64,000 nucleotides of DNA, taken from Octopus sinensis (lineage: Eukaryota). Numbering within the stretch: position 1 is the stretch's first letter; each line of letters begins with the position of its first letter. Below are positions 42,930 to 55,520 of this stretch, piece after piece. The notes beneath the pieces were generated by a model. The model searched no databases. It saw only the letters and a program-made list of their open reading frames with translations, and had not been told where the DNA came from. Position numbers and translations under genes: made by a program. The DNA lies in NCBI RefSeq assembly GCF_006345805.1, contig NC_043019.1, positions 21,451,360-21,515,359 of the forward strand, in the 5' to 3' direction.

Positions 42930-45391
42930 TATAATCATGTACATGTATGTATATATGTGTACAAATAAAGAGAAAGGCAAAAACACCACATGTATAAGAA
43001 TAGATTACGTACACAAATACATATACACATTAGATGACAGACACATATGTATGTTTGTGTACATGTGTATGTGTATGTACATACACATACATATATACAC
43101 AGACTAACTTTTGTTAAAACATATATATTTCCATTTATATGCACTCATCCCCATCAGTTTGGTGATGGCATGTCTTACTTGCCATTCTAGGCCAAAGTAG
43201 TATTCTACATACTATAGGGACACACATGCCTGCATGGAATCTGAACTCAAAACACAGAGAATTGGAACAGACACCCACCACAAGGCATCTTATCAAAAGC
43301 CCTACCAGTTCCACCAATCTCCCCTCTATTGACTGGTACTTTATGTATAACCTCAGAAGGATGAAATGCAAGGCTGACTTCAGTGGGATTTGAAGTCAGA
43401 AGGCAGTAACAAATACCACAAGTCATTCAGTCTGATGACCTACTCAATCAACCAGTTTTATCATCTAGTGTTTTTAAATTCATTTTTTTAATGCTTGCAA
43501 CACACCTTTTTAATTTGTCACATATATTAAGCTGCACATTATACATACGCATACAGGCAAAGAAAGCATCTACATTGCTATTATTGTATATGCATATGCA
43601 CAAACACATAATACTAGCTAAGTATAAAATTGGCTTTGGCATTGCTTCAGTGGCCAGCCAAGAACTGGTGTTTCAACACAGTATTATAGTAAACTATTTG
43701 CATTCTATTATTATATATGTTCAGTCATATATGTGTGTGTAGATATACATCCACACAAATTATTGGCATATATGTACCATAAGCTATATATATATATACG
43801 CACACACACATATTTATATGCACACATTATGCACACAAATACATACACATAACACATTTTCATTTTGTTATTACACATACTAAAGGTTATTTTTAAGTGT
43901 AATTATGAACAAAAATGGTCAAACATTAATTGAAGGATCACTCAATACTGTCTGACAGTCGATGACTGGCAAAAACTTCAAAGTCGCTGGCAACTTTTTC
44001 CTTGTAAAACAGTATACATATGTATGTGTGTATGTGTGTATACTTTTTCTTTCTCTTTCATAAAATTAAATTTCTTAAAAGAGAAATTTAATTTTATGAA
44101 ACAAGTCATAAAACTATTTTTGAAAAGTTTTGGTAATGGTGTTAAATCCATCAGATGCCACAAAGATGATTTTAGAAATTTCATCTTAACCAAAACCTTG
44201 TTTAGACCATATTCCTTATGAATAGACATCTTTTCTTAAAGGGTCCACCAAGATATGACAAGATTTCTCTACTTTAGGAAATATGTCATACATGTATAAT
44301 AAAATTATAAATGTATATTTAAAACAAAAGAATGGCTTGAAGATGAATCAGCACTTAATTAGAGTATTTATTACTATTCTTTGTGGAACCTCTAGTGTTG
44401 TCTTGCAAAATAGAAGCATTCTGCAGATCCCTGGTTGGGAAATGCTGGTCAGTGTACTTACTGACAATGGTATAGAAGAATAATATACCACGGCCATAAA
44501 ACAGAGAGATACTGCATAGATTGCATAACTGATATAGATTTTCTTAACTAACTACCAAGATAAAATCTTTTTGTGGCCAACACTGGTAATAACAGACTGG
44601 TATCCTTTCTCGGTGATATTAAACCAATATTAAAAAGCTTAGTGACTTAGTAAACTGAACATAAACTGCAATACTTTGCAATAACTTTAACTAAATGGTC
44701 ATAAATTAACGAAAAAAACATACTGAAACTTGAAGTATGTATATAAAGCTATGGATTGTACATATTGGATAGAGAAATTCAAAGGATTGCTTTGGTCCAA
44801 TGGTTGAACACCTATCATATTTTCAGGAGATATGGGTTTGAGTCCCATAGGCAGCTTTCAACTTTTTCTATCCACAGGGTTTTTAACCCAATATTTACAT
44901 CCTATTATTTATAGCTTTATATAATGCTTTGAGTTTCAATGTTTCAAAAAAGAATTATTTCAAGTTCATTTAAATGCTTGTAACATCAAAAAATATATAA
45001 AACAAAATTATTTCTCTTTAAGATAAAAAAATTTTTTTTTAATGTTTACAAGCCATGAATAGAAATATCTTTTGAAATAATAATATTACCCATAGTTAAA
45101 AAAAAAAAACAAACATACACAAAATAAGGAAATAGAAATTGCGATGAAAATCTAAAATCGAATAATATTTAGCTTGTTCTTTGGTGTTCTTTTTGATAAG
45201 AGGAAAATAAATGGATCATATCAAAACATGGTAGTACATATATCTCATTTCATCAAGGAAAAAAAAAATATCCATAAAGGAATACACCTATACTCATACA
45301 GGTTTATAAAGATACACATACACATAGTGCATGTACATACACACATACACACAGATATAAAGATATATATATATAAGCTGTGAATACATAC

Positions 45392-45502
45392 ACATGATGT
45401 ATCTGTTAAACTTTGGACTAAGAAATGAACTGGACTCGTTGCATTCCTGATAATTTCAACAGCTTCATCATGAGAAGCATCACGTAGATCTTTTCCATTC
45501 AC
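45392..45502 (-). CDS. MPDZ: MPDZ/PATJ-family exon: end of PDZ domain
   Basis: Acceptor ctttacattccAG, donor TGT|GTATGT; 111 nt, phase 0 to 0. Encodes [37 protein letters not shown] (cf. MPDZ VDGMDLRDASHEQAVEAIR...VQS). Confidence 0.93.
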
Positions 45503-45809
45503 CTGGAATGTAAAGGTAAATATTTGATAAATCTCTCTTTATCGTACAACAAAAACACTCACTCCCTTCCTCCTTCTCTCTCTCTCTCTTACAGGAATTC
45601 TTACAAAATGTTTTGCTAAACCAAGGTCTGAAAGAGGATTATGCTTAATACGTATCACCCCCTCTTCATTTAACACTTATCATGCCAACATGTATAAGAA
45701 CACTTCTGGTTCTACAAAACTATATCATCAATTAACATTGTTTTTTTTCTTTTTAAGATGTAAAAGAGGTAGGGTTTCTACTGATAAAATCACCATGTCA
45801 GCAACAACA

Positions 45810-45859
<50 letters not shown>

Positions 45860-45867
45860 TATTATAT

Positions 45868-45922
<55 letters not shown>

Positions 45923-47159
45923 GGCAGGGTATACAATGTTATTTATCGGAGTAAGAGATTCTGTACATTGGCTCTGAGGAGTGGTTAATAAATCATGAAA
46001 TGGTGGGTCAGGACACTCCTCACTCATGTCTCTGCCCGTTGAAAACATAGAAGAAATGTGTTTACATTATTACAAAGTTCATTATCACAGTTAATGATGC
46101 TCTAATATTTAAACTTAATTGATTGACTTCTGATTTATGTTTAGTTATTCTTTTTTTTTCTTTTTATTCGTTTTACTTGTTTTAGTCATTTGATTGTAGC
46201 CAAGCTGGAGCACTGCCTTTAGTCAAACAAATCGACCCCAGGACTTACTCTATGTAAGTCTAGTACACATGGATCTGGGAAGAGATAAAACTAGTGGTTA
46301 TGAGGTGTTTGGATGGACCTTCAACTTACAAGGTGAGCAGAACTAAACAGTCCAACTTATAAATACAGAAGTAACAATTTGTTATTCCAAACAACAGAAA
46401 TATTGTAAAGTCAACGAATTGCTTAACTCAAAGTCAGCCCCTGTCAAACCAACTTCAATGATCTAAGATCAAAGGTAATCCCTCCATAAACATCTCATTT
46501 TCAGGTATAAATGAATTTAAGACTACAATATCAAACATGCACCTCCCTTTTTTTAAAAATGGTTTAGTGTAATTTGAGGGGTATTTGGCTACTACTTTTA
46601 GCAAGTGTAGCACCAGTGTAGCTTATTAATATGTAGAGCTAGTATAGCTTGGACAAAGTGTGACATGGCCAAGTCAATTTTTCCAACACAGCATCACATA
46701 AAGGTTGAACCATTAATACTGACCGTAAGATGTAATAATTATGGAATTCAATCAACTCATTAACCATTTAAAAACAAAAGCTAAAGAGCCTACAATGGAC
46801 CCTCTACATGGTGACTCTAACGTGCTAGAAACAGCAACCAAATCTCCTTCATATTACACCCTACCATCATCTCCTACCATCTTTGTAGGGTGTGATTTGA
46901 AGGAGAATTGGCTGGTAAAATGTAGTCTAAGATGTTTATAAAAATACATATAGGTCATAACTTAACTGTCTTTAACCCTAGAACTGTTATATCAGAGCTG
47001 ACCTGGGATTAAATAACATCATTAATACTTTAAAAAATTCCTATAACAAACTGGACCGTATTATTCATCTAATATTCTATCACCAGTTGGAAGTAAACTC
47101 TTTCCTAATTAAATCTTTACACGAAATTCCAAAGATAAATGGGGTGTCCTGTTACTCAC

Positions 47160-47287
47160 CTCTAATATTCTATCACCAGTTTGAAGCGAGCCCTCCCTGC
47201 CAGCAGGGCTATCTTTCATTACAAGCTTTATGAAAATACCTGACATTATTTGTTCAGGTGAAGCATGAGGCACATTGATTCTTCCAC
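47160..47287 (-). CDS. MPDZ: MPDZ/PATJ-family exon: PDZ core
   Basis: Acceptor ttgccattgtAG, donor GAG|GTGAGT; 128 nt, phase 1 to 0, in frame with the previous exon. Encodes (G)GRINVPHASPEQIMSGIFIKLVMKDSPAGREGSLQTGDRILE. Confidence 0.95.
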
Positions 47288-48440
47288 CTACAATGGCAAA
47301 ATGGTTTAGGATTAAGTTTGATAACAAAGCAAATAATTAAAGCAACAAGACTTTTTCACACATTAACCTGCATTTTACAATATCTCAACTGATTAAAAAC
47401 ATTTTAGACACATTCATGATTCAATTTCTTTATTAGAAGAGTTACCCATCTTCATCATCATCATCTCACTGTCCACTTGTATAGGACAGGTGAAACACAC
47501 AGAGCTAGATATTCTCCTGTTGCCAACCCTTGCCTATCTCTGAGCAAGTTAATATTTCCCCTGGTACTCTGAACATGAACAGCTCAAATGATTTCTTTTA
47601 GAAGAGCAAAAGACAGACAGACAGAAAGACAAAGTGAGGGACAGAGAAAAATCAGTTGAGCTCAGTAGATGACCTGAGAGGATGAAAGTTTAAGTTGATT
47701 GTTACAGGACTTGAACTCAGAGCATAGAGTCATAAAGATTATCATAAACTGTTGTGTCTGGGGAGAGTCATTTTCTTTTTGTGCCTTATAATGTAACACA
47801 CTCAGCGGTAAAATTTCCACTGTCTTCTTATTTTTATTTTCCTAAAATCTTGCAACCTTTTCAATAGTTCGAAAGATTACCATAAAACAATCTATTTAAC
47901 ACTAATGATTCTGTTGATCGGCCTCATGTATGTGTGTGAGTGTATGTGTGTAGGTCTGTATACATACATAGATACACACAAATACATATGTTGTCTAGTC
48001 TTAATTCTGAAAGTCCCTCTCTATAAATATGATAGAAACACGTGTGTCATTTATTAATTATTTATCTTTTGGGTTACTGTCCCTGTTTTTTTGCTTCATA
48101 TATTTTCCCATTTCATAACTTTTCATAACTCGTCCTTTCACTCATTTGGTCTATGGACCTTGTCTTTGCTTATACTTGTTTCATTAATATCCTGCACGTT
48201 GGCTTGTTTACATCCCAGCAGCATTTTGCTGATTATGCCATCAAATTGAACAATATTATCGATAAAGTGTTGAAATTAAGATGATTTTTGGGATGAGAGT
48301 GTCTACTCTCTTGTGTGTTTTTTTCCTAATTTCCATGTTTATCATCTTTCCATGCAACCTTTTACAACACACACACACACACACACACATCTGTGTGTGT
48401 GTGTGTACTTGGATGTACAAATGAGACAAAAAGTACTCAA

Positions 48441-48706
48441 TCATCATCATCATCATCGTTTAACGTCCGCTTTCCATGCTAGCATGGGTTGGATGGTTCA
48501 ACTGGGGTCTGGGGAACCCGAAGGCTGCACCAGGCCAGTCAGATCTGGCAGTGTTTCTACAGCTGGATGCCCTTCCTAATGCCAACCACTCCGAGAGTGT
48601 AGTGGGTGATTTTATGTGCCACCGACACAGGTGCCAGATGAGGCTGGCGGATGGCCACGCTCGGATGGTGGTTTTTACGTGCCACCGACACAGGTGCCAG
48701 ACGAGG
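48441..48706 (-). mobile_element. SINE-like family A copy
   Basis: Same conserved block and (CAT)n end as 29666-30046. Confidence 0.8.
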
Positions 48707-48717
48707 TAATACATATA

Positions 48718-48970
48718 AATAATAAATAAATGCGCCCTTTTAAAGCCTAGCCAGGCTCATGGGCCCGGTTTCTATGGCGTATGTGTTCCCCAACTGGACG
48801 GTACGCCAGTCCATCGCAGCGTTACTCATTATTGCCAGCTGAGTGGACTGGAGCAACGTGAAATGAAGTGTTTTGCTGAAGAACACAACGCGTCGCCCAG
48901 TCCAGGAATTGAAACCACAATCTTATGATCATGGTGCTGACACGCTAACCACTAAGCCATGCACCTCCAC
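48718..48970 (-). mobile_element. tRNA-derived SINE, family D
   Basis: Head gtggaggtgcatggcttagtggttag...ggtttcaattcc, then gttgtgttcttcagcaa..cact...ccactcagctg. Related heads at 62127(+), about 17095-17390(-) and about 28340-28480(-). Confidence 0.75.
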
Positions 48971-49406
48971 ACCCAATACATATAGTGAACTATATTTATT
49001 CACCTGCATCTATTTATTGCCTCAGTAGCTTTTGTAGCTTTCTTGTTTGTATGCATTTCTTGGACTGAATTTTCAGTTTCCAATCAACACACACACAAAG
49101 AGACATGTATAGTAGTAGTAGTAGTAGTTGTGGTTGTTAGTGTATATCACATGCTCAAACACTGGAGTAGTATGTAATGCTAATATTGTAGTGCATATAT
49201 TATGATGAGAAAGAAGTTAAACAGGTCATGTATCTCACTTCATGTTTCCTGCTTGGAACATGTCTTCCTGCAGATCTCAGTCAAAAATGTAAAAATGAAA
49301 CTATGAAAATTACGTGCCATACATTGAAAAACTAAACTTGAAATATCCACACACATATACACATACACATGTGGACATATGTAAACACACAGACATACAC
49401 ACATAT

Positions 49407-49769
49407 ACTCTTTTACTCTTTTACTTGTTTCAGTCATTTGACTGCGGCCATGCTGGAGCACCGCCTTTAGTCGAGCAACTCGACCCCGGGACTTATTCTT
49501 TTTGTAAGCCCAGTACTTATTCTATCGGTCTCTTTTTGCCGAACCGCTAAGTGACAGGGACGTAAACACACCAGCATCACACAAACACACACACATGCAT
49601 ATATACGACAGGCTTCTTTCAGTTTCCGTCTACCAAATCCACTCACAAGGCATTGGTCGGCCCGGGGCTATAGCAGAAGACACTTGCCCAAGATGCCACG
49701 CAGTGGGACTGAACCCGGAACCATGTGGTTGGTTAGCAAGCTACTTACCACACAGCCACTCCTGCGCCT
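49407..49769 (-). mobile_element. SINE family B copy with a 38-bp flanking direct repeat
   Basis: High identity to 25452-25864; flanked by identical 38-mers at 49369-49406 and 49770-49807. Confidence 0.88.
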
Positions 49770-49894
49770 ATGTGGACATATGTAAACACACAGACATACA
49801 CACATATGTATATGCATATACATAAACAGACACTCACATATTATGTGTGTGTATGTGCATGCACACACACATACATACATTTTTTTAATTTTTA

Positions 49895-50222
49895 TTATGG
49901 CTGCCCCCTTGTTATTGAGTATGGCCATTGCACGAAGCTTAACTGTTACTGGTGCTGTGATCGAATGTGACTTTTTAGCCCAGCTAAAGATCTACAATGT
50001 CTTGTACAAAATTGGCAACTAAAACCTTTACTGGTAATAGCCGGCTGTAGTTGTAACTGGGCTTCATGTACCTTTGCATGTCGTTTAAGTCTTCCTACCG
50101 AATTACATGCTCGACAGATATGATTAGTATGGTGTGTTACACCACCACCAGTGGCTAGGTTGTCACTCATCTGTCTCGTTTTATGACTTCGAAGATGACT
50201 CTTGAGTCCAGCTTTACTGACA
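49895..50222 (-). mobile_element. 3' end of an RTE-like LINE with tandem C2H2-type fingers
   Basis: Single frame: SKAGLKSHLRSHK...HICRACNSVGRLKRHAKVH...FSCQFCTRHCRSLAGLKSHIRSQHQ*, then a UTR of about 50 nt. The C..C.R.C.S..GL.SH.R motif is typical of RTE-clade ORF ends. Confidence 0.6.
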
Positions 50223-50300
50223 TTATGTCAGAATCATATTTCTTTTTAGGAATGGTGAATCTCAAAGCAGTGAAATAAGAAATTAAAAACAAAAACTTAC

Positions 50301-50578
50301 CCACAATGCTGATGCCTAAACTCTTGCCAGGTTCTCGCTCAAGAGTAACTTCACGTGGCGCCCTCCATGTGTGGTCCCCAGTGGCTGGAGAGCCATCACA
50401 CGATAGTGTCATCTGGCGTCCTTGTCCTTTAGAGGTGATGGGTACAATTGGAGATGTGGGAGCACTTGCGGGTTTTACTTCGCCCAGATGAAGTGGACTG
50501 TGTGATGGTGATGTGTAAGCAGAACGAAGCCCCTCCGTACTGCCGTGACCAAACATGTGTATTGGAGATAAATTGGAA
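50301..50578 (-). CDS. MPDZ: Multi-PDZ domain protein (MPDZ/PATJ family), internal exon: linker plus start of PDZ domain
   Basis: Acceptor tcttctctttcccttactacAG, donor G|GTAAG; 278 nt, phase 2 to 1. Encodes ...HTWRAPREVTLEREPGKSLGISIV(G), the PDZ carboxylate-binding loop, resembling MPDZ PDZ7 (PRRVELWREPSKSLGISIVG, from memory). Confidence 0.92.
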
Positions 50579-51104
50579 CTGTAGTAAGGGAAAGAGAAGA
50601 AGTGGAAACATAAGATATATTTGGTGAAGTACCAGCAATGTTTCATCTTATAATGATACTAATAACAATTATAACAACATCAACAACAATTGTTTCTAAA
50701 ATAAGTACAATGCCACAAGTTTGTGTTGGGGGTGAGGGTCAGTTGATTAGATTGAGCTAAGTGTTTCATTGGTACTTCATTTCCAGGAGTATAAGCAGAG
50801 GCATTAAAAAAGATGCTACCTTGTGGTGTAAGATGACTATGTCGCAGTAAATGAAAATTAGTTTTGTGATTGAAACATGAAGTTGAAAGCTTCAGTAATA
50901 AAAGTATCTTGAAAAACACAGTGAGTTATGTATTTATTTGCAATGTTATTTCATAGGTCCCAGAGATATGGAGAGCAAAGTTGACATTGATAGGACTTGA
51001 CCTCAGAATGTAAAGAGCTGGAACAAATACAGCAAAACATTTTACCCAATAATAATAATAATAATAATAATAAAATATAATAATAATAAAATGAAAAAAA
51101 CAAT

Positions 51105-51365
51105 GATAAAGTGGGGCAATGAAGAGAGTGGACATGATACCAATAGTGATTGGTGCACTTGGTAGTATCAGTACCAAACTACCAGCATGGCTCAAAAAAG
51201 ATTGGAGCGACTGTAAAAACAGAACACATACAAAAATCATCATTGCTTGGAACTGCAAGAGTTCTCTGCAGTGTTCATGAAGCATGACAAGTGTCAGTAA
51301 ACAAGTTTCACCTTAGTATGCTGGTTAGAGGCAGCTGGCATTTTCCATCATACTCAGCAAAATAA
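51105..51365 (+). mobile_element. 3' fragment of a second R4/Dong-like LINE family
   Basis: Translates MKRVDMIPIVIGALGSISTKLPAWLKK/IGATVKTEHIQKSSLLGTARVLCSVHEA* with one frameshift, homologous to the C-terminus of the 55.5-kb element; preceded by (TAA)n. Confidence 0.75.
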
Positions 51366-53839
51366 ATAATGATCACAAATTTTGCCACAAGACCAGCAAT
51401 TTCGGGAGAGAAGATAAGTCACTTAGGTTGACCCCAGAGTTCAGCTCGTACTTATTTTATTGACCCTGAAAGGATGAAAGGCAAAGACAGCCTCAGAGGA
51501 ATTTGAACTCAGAGCATAAGGATGGATGAGATTCCGCTAAGCATTTTTCCCAGCGCAGTAACGATTCTTACATTTTCATGATATGATTAATAATAATAAT
51601 TCTATCTATTACTGGTACAAAGCCTGAAATGTTGTGGTGAGGGGCTTAGCTAATTACATTGACTCAAGTGCACAACTGGTACTTATTTTATTGACCTCGG
51701 AGAGGATGAAAGGCAAGCGGGGTCTCGAATTTGAAATTTGAATGTAAAGAGGTGGAAGAAATAACACAAAACATTATGTCTGATGCTCTAACAATTCTAT
51801 GAACCCCATTCCTTCTATGATAGTTCCTAAATTTTAGAGAGGGGTATGGTAATTTTTAAGGGGAAGAGTTCAATCAAATTGACCCTAGTAATTGGATGGT
51901 ATTTTATTTATCTACTCTAGAAGGAAAAAATGCAAAACTGATGTCACTGGGATTTGAACTAAGAATGTAAAGACTCGGAACAAATACCATGAGATATTTT
52001 CTCCCAGATGCTTTAATGTTTCTGCCAATCCACCATCCTAAAATATTGCAATACACACACACGCATGCATGTACACAATCACAGACTAATTATTGGAATT
52101 AATTAGAAATTTTACAAAGTCTGAGGAAACTTGTGAAGATCTGTGTTATTAGAAATTAATTAGTGAAGTTTGTAAATTAGGATACGTTTGCATGTTTATA
52201 GGCAAATAATTAATTAATTTACTGAATGCTGACATGTGAGCAAGCAGTGCAGAATACAAATTAATGTTTGCATAAAAGTTCTGTTGCTCTTGATGGTGTA
52301 GGAGCAGAGGTTCCAGACTCTAATAAGCTGATCAAAACACTACAGTTTTTGCCATCTGACAATGTTTCAGTATTTAAATGGATCTTATTTTACGAAGTCA
52401 AAATCAACCGCAGCAGATTCTGAACTTGGAAAGCAAAGGGAAGTTTAAAAACTAAATACTGCAAAGCATCTTGTCCACAACAATACTGATTCTGTGACTT
52501 ACTACCATTACAATATTAATAATAACAATAATAAAACATAATGGTAATACAAGAGATAATATCACAAATACATCATGTGATTTTCTGTGTTTAATAAATA
52601 AAACAAACTGAAGAAAGATGTTAGTTTAATCAGAAACATCGAGTTTGTGTTTTTTTTTTATATTTGAAAACTTTAAATAAATAATGTGATTCTTAAAATA
52701 ATAAATGAATTAAATAAGACATTATAATTTTGAAACTTTTTTTAAACATCTTGAAATATTTTTCTCTCATTGCTGGAAAGAAAGAAGGAACATTAAAGAA
52801 ACTAAACTTGGGAAAAATCTAAGATTTTGTAACAAGAACAATTCCTTTAACATTGTTTTGTAATTATATTTCTAATTAAATACACTGCTTCTATAATTCC
52901 AATAATTTTCGAAATAATGAAGAATTTAAAGAGGTTTAACTTTTTTAATAGCAACCTATCTGAAAGCACCTTTGGTAGGTTCTGTATTACAAAATTTCTG
53001 TTATAAATTTATCTAAATTAAAACGTCCAATCAAAATTTTATGTTAATTTATATTCCAAACACCAGTTTAATAATGACAGTTATTTAAATAAATACTTCA
53101 TTATTTTCAAAATTAATTGAAATTAAGCCAGTGTATTTTAGCAGAAATATGATAACAAAAGGGTTTTATTTTGATTATTGAGCTGGTGTAGTGAGGTGGA
53201 TTGACAGAATAATGAGAGCATTAGACAGAACACCTTGAAGCATGTGTTTGGCTCTTCATATTCTGAGATCGACTCCTGCTATAGTCAACTTTGCTGCTTA
53301 TCCCTCTGGGGTCAATAAAATAAAGTATTAATCAAATACTGGAGTTGATTTAATCGACAAATATCCTTCCCTGAAAACTGCTATCCTTGTGCTTGAATTA
53401 GAAACCATTATTAAATTAGTGGTGTCGGGAATATAATTTAATGAAATTATGATGGAAGGTTGAACAGACTTTTTTTTTGTAAGAACTAGAGGTAGTTTCA
53501 GGATATTTGGTATCAAAAGAATTTAGGAATAAAATGTGAAGTAGCTGTTGTTTTCCTTTTATTTTTTGTTATAGATAGAGGTATAACAACAATAATGGTA
53601 ATAATAACTGTTTCAAATTTCAGCACAAGGCCAGTAATTTTAGGAAAAGAGGCAAGTTGGATTACGTTGACTTTTGTACTGGACTGGTATTTTATTTTAT
53701 TGACCCTCAAAAAAAATGAAAAAGATGAAAAGCAAAATCAACATGAAGAGCCAAAGGAAATTTCTGCTAAGCATTTTGTTCAACATGTTAACAATTCAAC
53801 CAGCTTGCTGCTTAAAATAATAATAATAATAATACCAAA

Positions 53840-53883
<44 letters not shown>

Positions 53884-55006
53884 GTATTTGCTAAAAGCTC
53901 ACTGAAAAAGGGTCTGTTGGGGGTGCCTATTATCTTTTACTGGTTTCAATCACTGGATTAAGGCCATGCTGGAGCATTACCTTCAAGGGCATATTAGTCA
54001 ATTATATCAATACCTATCATTAATGAATACTACTTATTTTTATTCACCGTGTTTGGACAAATAGCAGAGTGAACTCAGACTGAGAAAGGATGGAAGCAAA
54101 CAACACAAGTTATTTAATTTACCTCTCTAATAATTTGGTCATCTACCTATATGCCTTGGATTGAAATTCTTTAATTAAACTCAATGAAACCAAACAATTG
54201 TTAACTTTACATCTCCAGAAGATTTGTTGTTACAGTAATCAGTTTCGAAAGATGTTATGACAATAACTGTATAAAAATGTTGTTGTTTTAGTCGCCAGGC
54301 AATCCATCCATGACCATCCAATATGTCTATTATTTATGTGAAGCAGTAACATGTTACAAGAGATTTGGGGGTTATTTCTAGCAGATGGAGTGATCATGGA
54401 TAGGATTTATTGCTGGCTGACTTGGAAAAATTGTAAAAGCTGTATGTTTGAGTACAAGACAGAGTTATAAAACTGAAAATAACTCTAAAAAAAAAAAAAT
54501 GAATGCAATTAAAAAACATGAATAAAACATCAGCAAAAATATTATTAATGTCTGCAATATTTATAAGATATAATGTAACATAAAACAAAAACAATAAAGA
54601 ACATGTCCAATAAGAAGAATAAAAACATTAAAATATCTCAAATTTTTAAACATTATAAAGACTGTAATTAACAAACATATTTGAAAATCAAGATGTTTAT
54701 TAAAAATAAATAAAAACAATCATAGTCAAAATATAAAAAACCTTGTAAATGATAAAGTGCAAAAAAAAAAAAGTAAATAATGGTTTCATATCTTAGCACA
54801 AAGTCAGCGACTTTGGGGGGGGGGGAGAGTTTGTTGATTATATTGGCACCAGTGCACCACTGGTACTTACTTATTTTTATCTACCCTGGAAAGACGATAG
54901 GCAAAGTTAACCTCAGCTGGATTTGAGCTCAGAATGTAAAGAGCTGAAATAAACACTGCTAAGCATTTTGTCCAGAGCTGTAACAATTCTACCACTTTAC
55001 TGCCTT

Positions 55007-55122
55007 AATAATAATAATGATAATAATAATAATAATAATAATAATAATATATAATAATAATAATAATAATAATAATGATAATAATAATAGTAATAATGAT
55101 AATAATAATGATGATAATAATA

Positions 55123-55160
<38 letters not shown>

Positions 55161-55231
55161 TAATAATAATAATAATAATAATAATGATGATAATATAATA
55201 ATAATAATAATAATATAATAATAATAATATG

Positions 55232-55268
<37 letters not shown>

Positions 55269-55301
55269 TAATAATAATATATAATGATAATAATAATAAT
55301 G

Positions 55302-55335
<34 letters not shown>

Positions 55336-55370
55336 TAATAATAATAGTAATAATGATAATAATAATGATG

Positions 55371-55401
<31 letters not shown>

Positions 55402-55457
55402 TGATAATAATAATAATAATAATAATGATGATGATGATGATGATGATAATAATAAGG

Positions 55458-55518
<61 letters not shown>
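55007..55518. repeat. Long (TAA)n/(TGA)n microsatellite
   Basis: Directly visible; abuts the 5' junction of the LINE. Confidence 0.95.

Positions 55519-55520
<2 letters not shown>

Noticed and set aside
44785-44860. tRNA-like sequence (ttggtccaatgg...ggtttgagtccc)
   Set aside because: No intact cloverleaf; probably a decayed SINE head. SINE heads elsewhere were likewise not called as tRNA genes.
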